Shown in pieces: positions 17,095 to 27,372 of a stretch of DNA of 64,000 bases. The DNA is from Dehalococcoidia bacterium (GTDB lineage Bacteria > Chloroflexota > Dehalococcoidia > UBA2979), in contig SHYR01000002.1 of assembly GCA_009692705.1 (NCBI GenBank), forward strand, positions 20,568 to 84,567, in the 5' to 3' direction. The notes beneath the pieces were generated by a model. The model did not search any database, was not told where the DNA came from, and saw nothing but the letters and a program-made list of their open reading frames with translations. Both the position numbers and the translations under genes were made by a program. Position 1 is the stretch's first letter. Each line of letters begins with the position of its first letter.

Positions 17095-17733
17095 ATGCAG
17101 CGCACACGCGACCAGATCGTCGGGCTCCTGAACGAGCAGGGCAATGCCTCGGTGTCCGAGCTCGCCCGCGCCGTCGGCGTGAGCGAGGGGCCGATCCGCC
17201 GCCACCTCGACATCATGGCCGCCGAGGGCCTGGTGATGACGCAGCTCCAGCGCCAGCCGCGCGGGCGCCCCGCCACCCGCTACTCGCTCAGCGAGGCGGG
17301 CGAGGAGCGCTCGGCATCCGCCAACTACTCGCGGCTGCTCGACCGGCTCTTCCCCGCCCTGCAGCGGCTGCCGCAGGAGGCGGTGAGCGGACGCTCTGGT
17401 CCCGACCTGCTGGAGCGGCTGTTCGAGCAGCTGGCGCAGGACGTGGCGAGCGAGTACGCGCCGCGCGTGCGCGGCGCCGGGCTGGGCGAGCGCGTGGCGG
17501 AGGTAACCGACGCGCTGCGCGGCGAGGGCATCCTCGACGAGGCGCGCGACGAAGGGTCGGTGTTCCGGCTGCGCAACATGGGCTGCCCCTACCGCTCCGC
17601 GGCGGAGGGCACGCACGTGGCGTGCGACGCCGACCGGCGCGCGATCGAGCTGCTGCTGGACGCGCCGGTGAAGCAGGTGACGACGATCGCCGGCGGCGCC
17701 GCGTGCTGCGAGTACGTGGTGGCGAAGGGCTAG
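17095..17733 (+). CDS. sufR: SufR-like Fe-S cluster assembly transcriptional regulator (ArsR/DeoR-type wHTH plus C-terminal Cys cluster)
   Basis: N-terminal wHTH (ASVSELARAVGVSEGPIRRHLDIMAAEGLV). C-terminal cysteines …MGCPYRSAAEGTHVACDAD…GGAACCEY. Located directly upstream of sufCBD. Confidence 0.75.
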   Translation: MQRTRDQIVGLLNEQGNASVSELARAVGVSEGPIRRHLDIMAAEGLVMTQLQRQPRGRPATRYSLSEAGEERSASANYSRLLDRLFPALQRLPQEAVSGRSGPDLLERLFEQLAQDVASEYAPRVRGAGLGERVAEVTDALRGEGILDEARDEGSVFRLRNMGCPYRSAAEGTHVACDADRRAIELLLDAPVKQVTTIAGGAACCEYVVAKG

Positions 17734-17793
17734 CGGGCTCGCGCCGGTGCGCGACGTGACGGGACGAGAGAGCATGAGGCGGGGGAGATGCCG

Positions 17794-18576
17794 ATGAGCC
17801 AGCCGATCCTGGAGCTGCGCGACCTCAAGGTCAGCGTCGTGAGCGGCCAGTCCGAGACGCCGATCATAAAGGGCGTCAGCCTCATCATCAGGCCTGGCGA
17901 GGTGCACGCGCTGATGGGGCCGAACGGCTCCGGCAAGAGCACGCTCGCGGGCGCGGTCGCCGGCAACCCAACCTACCGCGTTAGCGGCGGGCAGGTGCTG
18001 TTCAAGGGCGAGGACGTGACTGCGCTCTCCGCCGACAAGCGCGCGCGCCTCGGGATGTTCCTCTCCTTCCAGTACCCGACGGCGATCCCAGGCGTGACGA
18101 TGGTCAACTTCCTGCGCGAGGCGCTGAAGGCGCGCCGCGGCGCGGAGGTGCCGGCGCGCGAGTTCCTGCAGGAGCTGCGCGCCACGCTCAAGCTGCTGAA
18201 GATGGACGAGGAGTTCGCGCGCCGCTACGTTAACGACGGCTTCTCCGGCGGCGAGAAGAAGCGCGCCGAGATTCTCCAGCTCGGCATGCTCAAGCCGGAG
18301 CTGGCGATGCTCGACGAAACCGACTCGGGCCTCGACGTGGACGCGCTGCGCACGGTGGCGGAGGGCGTGGAGACGCTGCGCACCCCGCAGATGGGCGTGC
18401 TGATCATCACCCACTACCAGCGCATCCTGAACTACATCACGCCGGACTTCGTGCACGTGCTGGTCGGCGGGCGCATCGTGCGCAGCGGCGACGCCGCGCT
18501 CGCGCGCAGCATCGAGGCCGAGGGCTACGACCCGATCCTGAAGCAGCTTGGCATCCTGGAAGGAGTGGCCTCATGA
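17794..18576 (+). CDS. sufC: Fe-S cluster assembly ATPase SufC
   Basis: [37 protein letters not shown] prefer the ATG at 17794 (GGGGAG lies 6 nt upstream); an alternative ATG is at 17788. Confidence 0.9.
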   Translation: MSQPILELRDLKVSVVSGQSETPIIKGVSLIIRPGEVHALMGPNGSGKSTLAGAVAGNPTYRVSGGQVLFKGEDVTALSADKRARLGMFLSFQYPTAIPGVTMVNFLREALKARRGAEVPAREFLQELRATLKLLKMDEEFARRYVNDGFSGGEKKRAEILQLGMLKPELAMLDETDSGLDVDALRTVAEGVETLRTPQMGVLIITHYQRILNYITPDFVHVLVGGRIVRSGDAALARSIEAEGYDPILKQLGILEGVAS

Positions 18577-19991
18577 ACACCATCGATCCCGCGCGCGGCG
18601 CGGTCGCCGAGCAGTACCAGTGGGGCTTCCACGACGACGAGCAGCCGCTGTTCATCGCCGAGAAGGGGCTGAACGAGGCGGTGGTGCGCAACCTCTCGCG
18701 CATCAAGGGCGAGCCCGCGTGGATGCTCGAGTTCCGCCTCGACGCCCTGCGCACGTTCTGGCAGAAGCAGAACCCCGGCTGGGCCGGCAGCGCGGAGCTG
18801 CTGGAGGCGATCGACTTCGACAACATTCACTACTACGTGCGCGCCACCGACGGCGACGCCTCCAAGTGGGAGGACGTCCCGCAGTACATCAAGGACACCT
18901 TCGACAAGCTCGGCATCCCGGAGGCGGAGCGGCAGTTCCTCGCCGGCGCCGGCGCGCAGTACGACTCCGAAGTCGTCTATCACAACATCCGCGAGGACCT
19001 CGCGAAGCAGGGCGTGCTGTTCCTGAGCATGGACCAGGGCCTCAGGGACCACGAGCAGCTCGTGCGCGAGTACTTCGCTACGCTCGTCCCGCCCGGCGAC
19101 AACAAGTACGCGGCGCTCAACTCCGCGGTGTGGTCGGGCGGGTCGTTCATCTACGTGCCGAAGGGCGTGAAGGTCGACGTCCCGCTGCAGGCCTACTTCC
19201 GCATCAACACCGAGAACATGGGGCAGTTCGAGCGCACGCTGATCATCGCGGACGAGGGTTCGTACGTGCACTACGTCGAAGGCTGCACCGCGCCGACGTA
19301 CAGCACCGACTCGCTGCACTGCGCGGTGGTCGAGATCGTGGTGAAGAAGAACGCGCGCGTACGCTACACCACGATCCAGAACTGGTCCAACAACGTCTAC
19401 AACCTCGTGACCAAGCGCGCCTACGCGTACGAGAACGCGGTCATGGAGTGGGTGGACGGCAACCTCGGGTCCAAGCTCACCATGAAGTACCCATCCGTGT
19501 ACCTGATGGGCGAGGGCGCGCACGGCGAAATCCTCTCGCTCGCCGTCGCCGGCAACGGGCAGCACCAGGACGCCGGCGGCAAAGTGGTGCACGTGGCGCC
19601 CAACACCTCGTCGGCGATCATCTCCAAGTCGGTCTCGCGCGGCAGCGGCCGCACGTCGTACCGCGGGCTGGTGAAGGTCTACGAGGGCGCCGCGCACGCG
19701 ACCTCCACCGTGCGCTGCGACGCGCTGCTGCTCGACGAGCACTCGCGCTCCGACACCTACCCGACGATGGAGATCGACGACGAGCGCGTGCGCATCGGGC
19801 ACGAGGCCTCCGTCTCCAGGCTCGGCGAGGATCAGCTGTTCTATCTGATGTCGCGCGGCATCCCCGAGCCGGAGGCCGCGAAGATGGTCGTCAACGGCTT
19901 CGTGGAGCCGATCGTCAAGGAGCTGCCGATGGAGTACGCGATCGAGCTCAACCGTCTGATCGAGCTGCAGATGGAGGGCGCGGTCGGCTAG
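18573..19991 (+). CDS. sufB: Fe-S cluster assembly scaffold SufB
   Basis: 472 aa. …[34 protein letters not shown]…[22 protein letters not shown]… is conserved SufB. Confidence 0.9.
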   Translation: MNTIDPARGAVAEQYQWGFHDDEQPLFIAEKGLNEAVVRNLSRIKGEPAWMLEFRLDALRTFWQKQNPGWAGSAELLEAIDFDNIHYYVRATDGDASKWEDVPQYIKDTFDKLGIPEAERQFLAGAGAQYDSEVVYHNIREDLAKQGVLFLSMDQGLRDHEQLVREYFATLVPPGDNKYAALNSAVWSGGSFIYVPKGVKVDVPLQAYFRINTENMGQFERTLIIADEGSYVHYVEGCTAPTYSTDSLHCAVVEIVVKKNARVRYTTIQNWSNNVYNLVTKRAYAYENAVMEWVDGNLGSKLTMKYPSVYLMGEGAHGEILSLAVAGNGQHQDAGGKVVHVAPNTSSAIISKSVSRGSGRTSYRGLVKVYEGAAHATSTVRCDALLLDEHSRSDTYPTMEIDDERVRIGHEASVSRLGEDQLFYLMSRGIPEPEAAKMVVNGFVEPIVKELPMEYAIELNRLIELQMEGAVG

Positions 19992-19994
19992 CCC

Positions 19995-21251
19995 GTGCAC
20001 GCAAGACCCAGCATGAGCGACACTTCGCCCCCCGCCGCCCGCGCCGTCAGCGCCTATGACGAGCAGCGCGTGCTCGCAGCCGCGGCCGCGCGCGGTGAGC
20101 CGGCGTGGCTGCGCGCTCGCCGCAGCGAGGCCGCCCGCGCCTTTGCCGCCGCTCCGCTGCCGACCCCGGCGCTGCGGCCGTGGAAGTACACCGACGTCAC
20201 GAAGCTCGACCTGGACGCGTTCGCGCCGGCCGTGGCGAGGCTGCGCGTGGAGGCACAGACGCCGGCGGGCACCTTCGCCGGTGCGCTGCAGGACGCGGCC
20301 GCCCAGCGCGAGGCGGTGGTGCGCGAGCACCTCGGCTCCGTGGTCACCGCTACCGAGGGCAAGTTCGCGGCCGCCAACGCCGCGCTGTGGAGCGCCGGCG
20401 TGCTGGTGCACGCCCCACGCGGCACGGCCTTCCCGCAGCCGGTCGTGCTGCGCCTCGACGCCGCGCTGGCCGCGCCGGCCGCGATCTTCCCGCGCCTGCT
20501 GATCGTCGCCGAGGAGCGCGCGGACGTGGGCGTGGTGCTGCGCTCGCAGTCGGGCGAGGCGCCGCTGCTCTCGCTCGGCGTGATCGAGATCGTGGCGGGC
20601 GCGGGCGCGCGTGTGCGCCTCGTGCTCGACGGGCGCTGGGGCGCGCAGACGCAGGAGTTCACGATCGTGCGCAGCCGCCTCGCGCGCGACGCCGATGTGC
20701 AGGTGTCCTCGCTCGCGATCGACGGGCGTCTCGTCAAGCAGACGATCGAGGCGCTGCTCGAGGGCGACGGCGCGAGCTCCACGATCCGCGGGGTCGCCCT
20801 CGGCGACCGCGGGCAGCATTTCGACTTCGTGACGCTGCAGGACCACATGGCCGCGCGCACCAGCTCGAAGGTCGAGATCCGCTCGGCGCTGGCTGGGCGC
20901 TCGCGCTCCATCTACTACGGCGTGACGCGGGTGGGGGAGCGCGCCGCGGGGGCGCAGGCGTACCAGGAGAACCGCAACCTGCTGCTCTCCGAGCACGCGA
21001 AGGCAGACTCCGACCCGGTGCTCGAAATCCTCACGGCGGAGGTGGCGCGCTGCGGGCACGGGGCCACCGTCGGCCCGGTGGATGCGGAGCAGTTGTTCTA
21101 TCTCCAGTCGCGCGGCCTCGACCGCCGGCAGGCGCTGCAGTTGCTGGTGTACGGCTTCTTCCAGAGCGTGGCCGGCGCGCTCCCGCCGAGCGAGGCCGCC
21201 GACGGCCTCTACGAGACCGTGACCGCCAAACTGGCGAGCGCCGAGCTGTGA
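19995..21251 (+). CDS. sufD: Fe-S cluster assembly protein SufD
   Basis: SufBD-fold C-terminus (…CGHGATVGPVDAEQLFYLQSRGLDRRQALQLLVYGF). The start is either the GTG at 19995 or the ATG at 20013. Confidence 0.85.
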   Translation: MHARPSMSDTSPPAARAVSAYDEQRVLAAAAARGEPAWLRARRSEAARAFAAAPLPTPALRPWKYTDVTKLDLDAFAPAVARLRVEAQTPAGTFAGALQDAAAQREAVVREHLGSVVTATEGKFAAANAALWSAGVLVHAPRGTAFPQPVVLRLDAALAAPAAIFPRLLIVAEERADVGVVLRSQSGEAPLLSLGVIEIVAGAGARVRLVLDGRWGAQTQEFTIVRSRLARDADVQVSSLAIDGRLVKQTIEALLEGDGASSTIRGVALGDRGQHFDFVTLQDHMAARTSSKVEIRSALAGRSRSIYYGVTRVGERAAGAQAYQENRNLLLSEHAKADSDPVLEILTAEVARCGHGATVGPVDAEQLFYLQSRGLDRRQALQLLVYGFFQSVAGALPPSEAADGLYETVTAKLASAEL

Positions 21252-21265
21252 GCGCGGAGGCGTCG

Positions 21266-21598
21266 ATGAGCCGCCACCGCCTGTGCGCGCCGGCCGACGT
21301 GCCGCCGGGCGAGGTGCGCGTGCTGCCCTGCGGGACGCGCGAGCTGGCGGTGAGCAACATTGGCGGCACGCTGTACGCCATCGACGACGTGTGCACGCAC
21401 GACGGCGGGCCGCTGGGCGAGGGCACGCTGCGCGGCGACCGCCTGATCTGCCCGCGTCACGGCGCCGCCTTCAACGCTCGCACCGGCAAGGTGCTGACGC
21501 TGCCGGCGGTGCGCGATGTGCGCGCCTACCCGGTGAGCGTGGAGGGCGACGGCGTGTACGTGCAGTGCGACGGCGGGGAGAGCGAGCCGGGAGCGTGA
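21266..21598 (+). CDS. Rieske [2Fe-2S] ferredoxin-like protein embedded in the suf operon
   Basis: CTHDGGPL…CPRHGAAF is an intact CxH…CxxH Rieske motif. 110 aa. Confidence 0.85.
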   Translation: MSRHRLCAPADVPPGEVRVLPCGTRELAVSNIGGTLYAIDDVCTHDGGPLGEGTLRGDRLICPRHGAAFNARTGKVLTLPAVRDVRAYPVSVEGDGVYVQCDGGESEPGA

Positions 21599-22848
21599 CC
21601 GTGGCGCGCCGCACCTACGACATCGAGGCGATCCGCCGCGACTTCCCGATCCTCGCGCGGGAGGTGAACGGCCACCCGCTCGTGTACCTGGACAACGCCG
21701 CCACCTCGCAACGGCCGGTGCAGGTGATGGCGCAGATCACGCGCTTCTACCGCGACTCCAACGCCAACATCCACCGCGGCGTGCACACGCTCTCCCAGGA
21801 GGCGACCGAGCTCTACGAGGGCGTGCGCGAGCAGGTGCGCGCCTTCATCAACGCGCCGTCCGCGCGCGAGGTGATCTTCACGCGCAACACCACCGAGTCG
21901 ATCAACTTCGTCGCGCACGCCTGGGGGCGCAAGCACCTGCGAGCCGGGGACGAGGTGGTGCTGTCCGAGATCGAGCACCACTCCAACATCGTGCCGTGGC
22001 AGCTGCTGCGCGACGAGCGCGGGATCGTGCTGCGCTTCATCCCGATGCTGGACGACGGCACGCTGGATCTCGTGGCCGCGCGCGTCCTGATCACGGAGCG
22101 GACGCGCCTGCTGAGCGTGACGCAGATGTCGAATGCGCTCGGCACGATCGTGCCGGTGAAGGAGCTGGCGGCGCTGGCGCACGCGCGCGGCGCGCTGGTG
22201 CTCGTCGACGGCGCGCAGAGCGTGCCCCACCTGCCCGTCGACGTGCAGGACCTCGGCATCGATCTGCTGGCGTTCTCCGCGCACAAGATGCTCGGCCCCA
22301 CCGGGGTCGGCGTGCTCTGGGGCCGCATGGCCGTGCTGGAGTCGATGCAGCCGTTCCTCGGCGGCGGCGACATGATCCTGACGGTCAGCCTCGAACGCTC
22401 GACGTGGAACGACATCCCCCACCGCTTCGAGGCCGGCACGCCCAACATCGGCGGCGTGGTGGGCTTCGGCGCCGCGCTCAACTACCTCTCGCGGCTCGGC
22501 ATGGCCGCGGTGCGCGAGCACGAGATCGAGCTCGTCGACTACGCCTTGCGGCGACTCGGGGACATCCCCGGGGTCACGCTCTTCGGCCCGCCCGACGCGC
22601 GGCAGCGCGGGGGCGTGGTCTCGTTCGACCTGCAGGACGTACATCCGCACGACCTCGGGCAGGTGCTGGACGGCGAGGGTATCGCGATCCGCGCCGGGCA
22701 CCACTGCGCGCAGCCGGTGATGCAGCGGCTTGGCCTCACCGCCACCGCGCGCGCCTCCTTCTACCTCTACAACCGCGCGTCGGAGGTCGACGCGCTGGTG
22801 CGCGGCGTCGAGAGCGCGACGAGATTCTTCGAGCACGCCCGTGGCTAG
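21595..22848 (+). CDS. sufS: Cysteine desulfurase SufS (class II aminotransferase V)
   Basis: YLDNAATSQRP…, SAHKMLGPTGVGVL (PLP Lys), RAGHHCAQP (catalytic Cys loop). The GTG at 21595 overlaps the Rieske stop. Confidence 0.9.
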   Translation: MTVARRTYDIEAIRRDFPILAREVNGHPLVYLDNAATSQRPVQVMAQITRFYRDSNANIHRGVHTLSQEATELYEGVREQVRAFINAPSAREVIFTRNTTESINFVAHAWGRKHLRAGDEVVLSEIEHHSNIVPWQLLRDERGIVLRFIPMLDDGTLDLVAARVLITERTRLLSVTQMSNALGTIVPVKELAALAHARGALVLVDGAQSVPHLPVDVQDLGIDLLAFSAHKMLGPTGVGVLWGRMAVLESMQPFLGGGDMILTVSLERSTWNDIPHRFEAGTPNIGGVVGFGAALNYLSRLGMAAVREHEIELVDYALRRLGDIPGVTLFGPPDARQRGGVVSFDLQDVHPHDLGQVLDGEGIAIRAGHHCAQPVMQRLGLTATARASFYLYNRASEVDALVRGVESATRFFEHARG

Positions 22849-23311
22849 TCCCGAGCCGGTGCTCGCAGAGCTCTACCGCGAGATCCTGCTCGACCACTAC
22901 CGCAGCCCGCGCAACCGCGGCACGCTCGACGGCCGCGCGACACATCGCTCCGAGGGTGCGAACCCGCTCTGCGGCGACGAGCTGGTGCTGGAGCTGGCGG
23001 TCGAGACCGGTCGCGTCACGGAGGTCGCGTTCCTCGGCCGCGGCTGCGCGATCTCGCAGGCCTCGGCCTCGATGATGACCATCTACCTGCGCGACCGCAC
23101 GGCGGCGGAGGCGCTGGAGGCGGTGTGGTGCTTCCAGCAGCTGATGCTGAGCGGCACGGCGCTGCCTGAGGAGTTCGGGGACATCGAGGCGCTGGCCGGC
23201 GTCGCGAAGTTCCCGGTGCGCGTGAAGTGCGCCTCGCTCGCGTGGAAGACGCTGGAGCAGGCGCTGAGCAGTGACGGCGTCGCTACCGTCAGCACGGACG
23301 AGGGGAGCTAG
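22841..23311 (+). CDS. sufU: SufU/IscU-type sulfur-transfer/scaffold protein
   Basis: YRSPRNRG…NPLCGDEL…GRGCAISQASASMM…VKCASLAW are the three conserved Cys contexts of SufU. Confidence 0.85.
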   Translation: MASPEPVLAELYREILLDHYRSPRNRGTLDGRATHRSEGANPLCGDELVLELAVETGRVTEVAFLGRGCAISQASASMMTIYLRDRTAAEALEAVWCFQQLMLSGTALPEEFGDIEALAGVAKFPVRVKCASLAWKTLEQALSSDGVATVSTDEGS

Positions 23312-23316
23312 CTGCG

Positions 23317-23640
23317 ATGACCGAGACCGTGACCCGCCCCACCGTGGAGCAGATCCGCGAGGTCATCCAGCGGGTCGAGGACCCAGAGCTGCGGCTCAGC
23401 ATCCTTGACCTCGGGCTCGTCTACGGCGTCGACATCGACGAGGACGGCCTCGTCACGGTGGCGCTCACGCTCACCACCCCGGCCTGTCCGGTGGGGCCGA
23501 TGCTGCAGGGCCAGATCTACCACCTGGTCACGCAGATGGAGGGCGTCGAGGATATCGAAGTCAACCTGGTGTGGGACCCGCCCTGGGACCCCAAGACGAT
23601 GGCCTCCGAAGAGATCAAGCTCCAGCTGGGGATCTGGTAG
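23317..23640 (+). CDS. sufT: DUF59/SufT-like Fe-S assembly factor
   Basis: …VEDPELRLSILDLGLVYGVDIDEDG…LTTPACPVGP…VWDPPWDP is the canonical DUF59 pattern. Confidence 0.85.
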   Translation: MTETVTRPTVEQIREVIQRVEDPELRLSILDLGLVYGVDIDEDGLVTVALTLTTPACPVGPMLQGQIYHLVTQMEGVEDIEVNLVWDPPWDPKTMASEEIKLQLGIW

Positions 23641-23671
23641 CGCCGAGTTCGTCCGCCGCGGGCGTCGCGCG

Positions 23672-24316
23672 CTACGGCCTGCGCCCCGGCAGCACCGGCG
23701 CCGCCGGCAGCTCGCGGTACTGCGGCGCGCCTGGCTGGGAGCACTCCGCCGGCCCCGCCACGCCCGGCGGGCAGGGGCCGAGCTGCAGGCGCTCGAGGTC
23801 CACGCTCGCCGTCGTCTCCGCGACCGTGGCGTCGAAGCGGTCGAGCCCGCGCGGGGCCGGCCCGGAGAGCCGCGCGCCCTCCGCGTCCCAGGCGGAGCCC
23901 GAGCACTCGGCGCGGAAGACCGGGCTCACGCCCCCGAAGGAGGTATCCGTGCGCCACGGCACGTGGCAGCCGCTGAGGGGGTCGCGCGAGTAGAGCGCGA
24001 GTACGCCTCCGCCGCCGCGGCGCACCAGCCAGACGCCGAGCGTGTTGCCCGCGGCGTCTGCGCCGAAGCTGATGCGCGGGTAGAAGCGCGGCGCTCCGGG
24101 CATGAGGTCGCTGAGCGGCACCTCCAGCGTTCGGTGTGGCACGCTGGAGACGAACGCCGCCACACAGGCGCCGATCCCGATCAGCCCGCCCAGCACGACG
24201 ATGCCGAAGAGCGCAATCGCCGGCCACGGGTTGCGCGGGCGCTCATCGTCCGTGCGGTGCGCGGGCGCGATGCGGCGCATGCGGCGGCTGCCGCGGCGGG
24301 GAAGGTCGTCCATCAC
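23672..24316 (-). CDS. Membrane-anchored hypothetical protein with a degenerate Rieske-like motif
   Basis: N-terminal basic region plus the TM segment WPAIALFGIVVLGGLIGIGACVAAFV. The C-terminal domain has SGCHVPW … AECSGSAWD, i.e. box 1 CxH is kept but box 2 (CxxH) has lost its His. Confidence 0.55.
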   Translation of the reverse strand: MMDDLPRRGSRRMRRIAPAHRTDDERPRNPWPAIALFGIVVLGGLIGIGACVAAFVSSVPHRTLEVPLSDLMPGAPRFYPRISFGADAAGNTLGVWLVRRGGGGVLALYSRDPLSGCHVPWRTDTSFGGVSPVFRAECSGSAWDAEGARLSGPAPRGLDRFDATVAETTASVDLERLQLGPCPPGVAGPAECSQPGAPQYRELPAAPVLPGRRP

Positions 24317-24436
24317 GCTAGCGTAGCCGCCGGCGCCGCTTACGGGGCGTGCTGGCGGCCGCGCGAGCCCCTCCTTACGATGGCCGCCTCAGATGGCGCC
24401 TCGCCCCCGCCTCGCAGCCGGACGGAGCGACCGCCG

Positions 24437-26071
24437 ATGCCCGCGACTCCCGCACTGCACAGTCGCCGCGACGTGCTGCGGCTCGGCGCCGGCCTGGCCG
24501 GCGTGGCGCTGCTCTCCGCGGCCTGCCGCGACGGCTCGCCCGCTGCGCCCGAGCTGCAATTGCGGGAGAGCAGCGCGAGCGGCGCGCCGCCACGCGGCGG
24601 TGTGCTGCGTATCGCCGCGCCGGGCGGCGATACGCAGCACACCGCCTCCCCGCGCGCCCGCGATGTCCTGCGGCGCGCGCTCACCTACTCGCAGCTGGTG
24701 GCACTCGACCCGCGCAGCGCGCTCCTCTACGGCGACCTCGCCTCGAAGCTGGAGCTGCCGGACCCGCTGACGGTGCGCTTCACGCTGCGGCGCGAGCTGC
24801 GCTTCCATCCGGACGGCGGCGGCCTCGCGGCTGCCCTCACGGCCGCCGACGTACGCGCTGACCTCGAGGCGCGTGCCGCCGCCGGCGAGTACCTCCCGAC
24901 GCAGGTGATCGCACGCGTGGAGACGCCGGATCAGCAGACCGTGGTGCTGCGGCTGCGCGGGCCCTTCAGCCTGCTGTTCGAGTTCCTCGCGGACCCGGCC
25001 AGCGGCGCGGTGCGCGCGAAGGTGCGTTCGCCGCGCGACGGCGAGCCGCTCGGCAGCGGACCGTTCGTCCCGGCGGGGCAGCCGGGGCAGCCGGGCGGCG
25101 CACCCTTCGCGCGCAACGAGCTTTACCACCGCCGCGAGCTGCCCCGTCTGGACGGCGTCGTCGTGCGCGACGTGGACGATGAGCGCGCGGCGGCTGACGC
25201 GTTCGCGCGTGCGGAGGTCGATCTGCACGTCCACGCGCCCGGTGCGGTGGTGCAGAGCGGCGAGCGCGCCGCCGCCACCCTCCGCCGCGGGGGGTTCGCG
25301 CTGATCGGCCTCGGGCTCTCACTGCTGCCGGAGAAGGGCGGTCGCGCCGTGCGCTCCGTCACCGCCTTCCAGGATCGGCGCGTGCGCCGCGCCGTCTCCG
25401 TGGCGCTGGACCGCGGGCGGCTCGCGGCGCTGGCGGCTGGCGCAGTCACGGGGCCCGTGGGCCCGGCGCATGCCGCCGACGCGCTGCCTGCCGAGGAGCT
25501 GGCGGCGCACCCGCTTTATCGGCAGCAGCCCGCCGAAGCACGCGCGCTGCTGGGAGCCGCGGGCCACAGCGGGCTCGCGCTGCGGTTGCAGGCCCCGAAC
25601 CAGTCGGAGCTGGCGGCGCTCGCACGCGAGGTCGAGCGCCAGCTCAACGATGCGGGGTTCGCCGCCGCGCTGCAGCTGGTCGACGCCCGCGAGTGGGAGC
25701 GCAACTTCCGGGCGGGCGACTTCGAGGCCACGGTCTTTCGCGTCGAGGGGCTGCGCACGCCGGATCTCGGGCTGCGCGAGCACACCGCGGCCGGGCTCGA
25801 GGGCGGCTTCTCGCCGTGGGGTTACTCGAACCCGGTCTACGACGCCGCGGTGCGCGCGGCGCTCTCCGAGCTCGACCCGACGCGGCGGGCGCAACGCTCC
25901 CGCGAGGCGCAGCGGACGCTGCTGGAGGACGTGCCGGCGATGTTCCCGCTCGCGGTGCCGTGGCAGCAGGCGTCGACGGTGCCGTCGCTGCGCGCGTACG
26001 AGTTCGACGGCTACGGCTTCAACGACGGCTGGCTCGCCGCGCGCTGGGGGCTGAGCCCGTCGGGGGGCTAG
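24437..26071 (+). CDS. ABC-transporter solute-binding protein, family 5 (peptide/nickel type), with a Tat-type signal
   Basis: From the ATG at 24437: SRRDVLRLGAGLAGVALLSAAC (twin-Arg signal). The mature part shows the SBP_bac_5 pattern as I recall it (…LRIAAPGGDT…LVALDP…LELPDPLTVRFTLRRELRFH…). No permease or ATPase genes are adjacent. Confidence 0.65.
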   Translation: MPATPALHSRRDVLRLGAGLAGVALLSAACRDGSPAAPELQLRESSASGAPPRGGVLRIAAPGGDTQHTASPRARDVLRRALTYSQLVALDPRSALLYGDLASKLELPDPLTVRFTLRRELRFHPDGGGLAAALTAADVRADLEARAAAGEYLPTQVIARVETPDQQTVVLRLRGPFSLLFEFLADPASGAVRAKVRSPRDGEPLGSGPFVPAGQPGQPGGAPFARNELYHRRELPRLDGVVVRDVDDERAAADAFARAEVDLHVHAPGAVVQSGERAAATLRRGGFALIGLGLSLLPEKGGRAVRSVTAFQDRRVRRAVSVALDRGRLAALAAGAVTGPVGPAHAADALPAEELAAHPLYRQQPAEARALLGAAGHSGLALRLQAPNQSELAALAREVERQLNDAGFAAALQLVDAREWERNFRAGDFEATVFRVEGLRTPDLGLREHTAAGLEGGFSPWGYSNPVYDAAVRAALSELDPTRRAQRSREAQRTLLEDVPAMFPLAVPWQQASTVPSLRAYEFDGYGFNDGWLAARWGLSPSGG

Positions 26072-27372
26072 CCGCGGGCGGCCGCGGCGGCGCGGTACGA
26101 CTCGTCCAGTAGCTCGATCACGTGCCGCACCCCGGCATCGAGGCCGCTGCGGCGCACCCCCGCCTCCAGTTGCAGTGTGCAGCCGGGGTTCGCGGTCGCG
26201 ATCAGGTGCGCGCCGGTGGCCGCGATCTCCGCCATCTTCGACGCGAGCACCGTGCGGGACATCTCGCCCTGCACCAGCGCGTAGAGCCCGGCCGCGCCGC
26301 AGCAGCGGTCCGGCGTCTGCATCTCCCGTAGCCGCAGCCCCGGGATGGCGCCAAGAATCGCGCGCGGCGCGGAGCGGATGCGCTGCGCGTGCGCGAGGTG
26401 GCAGGCGTCCTGCAGCGTGACGTCGCCCGGCACCGCGCCGAGGCCCGGCGCGGCGAAGTCCTGCGCGGCGACGTACTCCAGCACGTCGCGCACCCCGGAG
26501 GCGAAGCGCTCGGCACGAAGCGCCCAGCGCGCATCGCTCCGCAGCAGCCGGCCGTACTCCTTCATCGCCGCGCTGCAGCCGGCGGCGTTCACGATCACCG
26601 CGTCCACGCCGGCCGCCTCGAAGGCCGCGATGTTACGGCGGGCGAGCGCGCGCGCGGTCTCGGCGTCGCCGGCGTGCGTGTGCAGCGCACCGCAGCACAC
26701 CTGCGCCGGCGGCGCCACCACCTCGCAGCCGAGCCGCGTGAGCACGCTCACGGTGGCTTCGTGCATCTGCGGGTACAGCTCGCCGTGGACACAGCCGGTG
26801 AGCAGCGCGACCCGCGCGCGCATCGCTTGCGGCCGCGCCAGCACGCCGCTACGCCGGAACGGTGCGCGATCGAGCACCGGCGCCTGCGCCTCCAGCGCGC
26901 GCAGCGGCGCGGGCAGTGCGCGCGCCAGCGGCCCGCGCACCAGGCGCTGCAACCCGGAGCGCGTATAGAGGCGTGCCAGCGCGAGCACGCTGCGCAACAC
27001 GCGCGGCCGCGCCAGCACGTACCGCAGCGCCAGCGCGCGCAGCGTCCACGCACGCGGGCGGTCGCGCGCCCCGCGCGCCATCGTGGCGGCGCGCGCGTCC
27101 TCCATGATGCGGCCGTACGGCACCTGCGACGGGCACGCGCTCTCGCAGGCACGGCACTGCAGGCAGAGGTCGAGGTGCGAGAGCAGCCGGTCCGTCGCCT
27201 CCGCCTTGCCGTCGAGCACGGCGCGCACCAGGTGCAGCCGCCCGCGCGGCGACTCCAGTTCTTGCCCGGTCGCGATGTAGGTCGGGCAGACCGGCAGGCA
27301 GAAGCCGCAGTGGATGCAGTTCTGGAGGTCCGCCAGCGCGGGCAGGTCCGGGCCGCGGAAGCCACCGCTCAC
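26068..27372 (-). CDS. glcF: Glycolate oxidase Fe-S subunit GlcF
   Basis: CIHCGFCLPVCPTY and CLQCRACESACPS (two 4Fe-4S ferredoxin motifs) plus C-terminal CCG domains (…QVCCGAL…, …PDRCCGAAG). The GTG at 27372 overlaps the glcE stop. Confidence 0.85.
   Translation of the reverse strand: MSGGFRGPDLPALADLQNCIHCGFCLPVCPTYIATGQELESPRGRLHLVRAVLDGKAEATDRLLSHLDLCLQCRACESACPSQVPYGRIMEDARAATMARGARDRPRAWTLRALALRYVLARPRVLRSVLALARLYTRSGLQRLVRGPLARALPAPLRALEAQAPVLDRAPFRRSGVLARPQAMRARVALLTGCVHGELYPQMHEATVSVLTRLGCEVVAPPAQVCCGALHTHAGDAETARALARRNIAAFEAAGVDAVIVNAAGCSAAMKEYGRLLRSDARWALRAERFASGVRDVLEYVAAQDFAAPGLGAVPGDVTLQDACHLAHAQRIRSAPRAILGAIPGLRLREMQTPDRCCGAAGLYALVQGEMSRTVLASKMAEIAATGAHLIATANPGCTLQLEAGVRRSGLDAGVRHVIELLDESYRAAAAARG

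Noticed and set aside
23405-26071. 888-aa ORF spanning sufT, the intergenic region and the solute-binding protein.
   Set aside because: The 5' two-fifths overlap sufT in another frame and run antisense to the Rieske-like gene. A twin-arginine signal begins at the internal ATG at 24437, which marks the real start.
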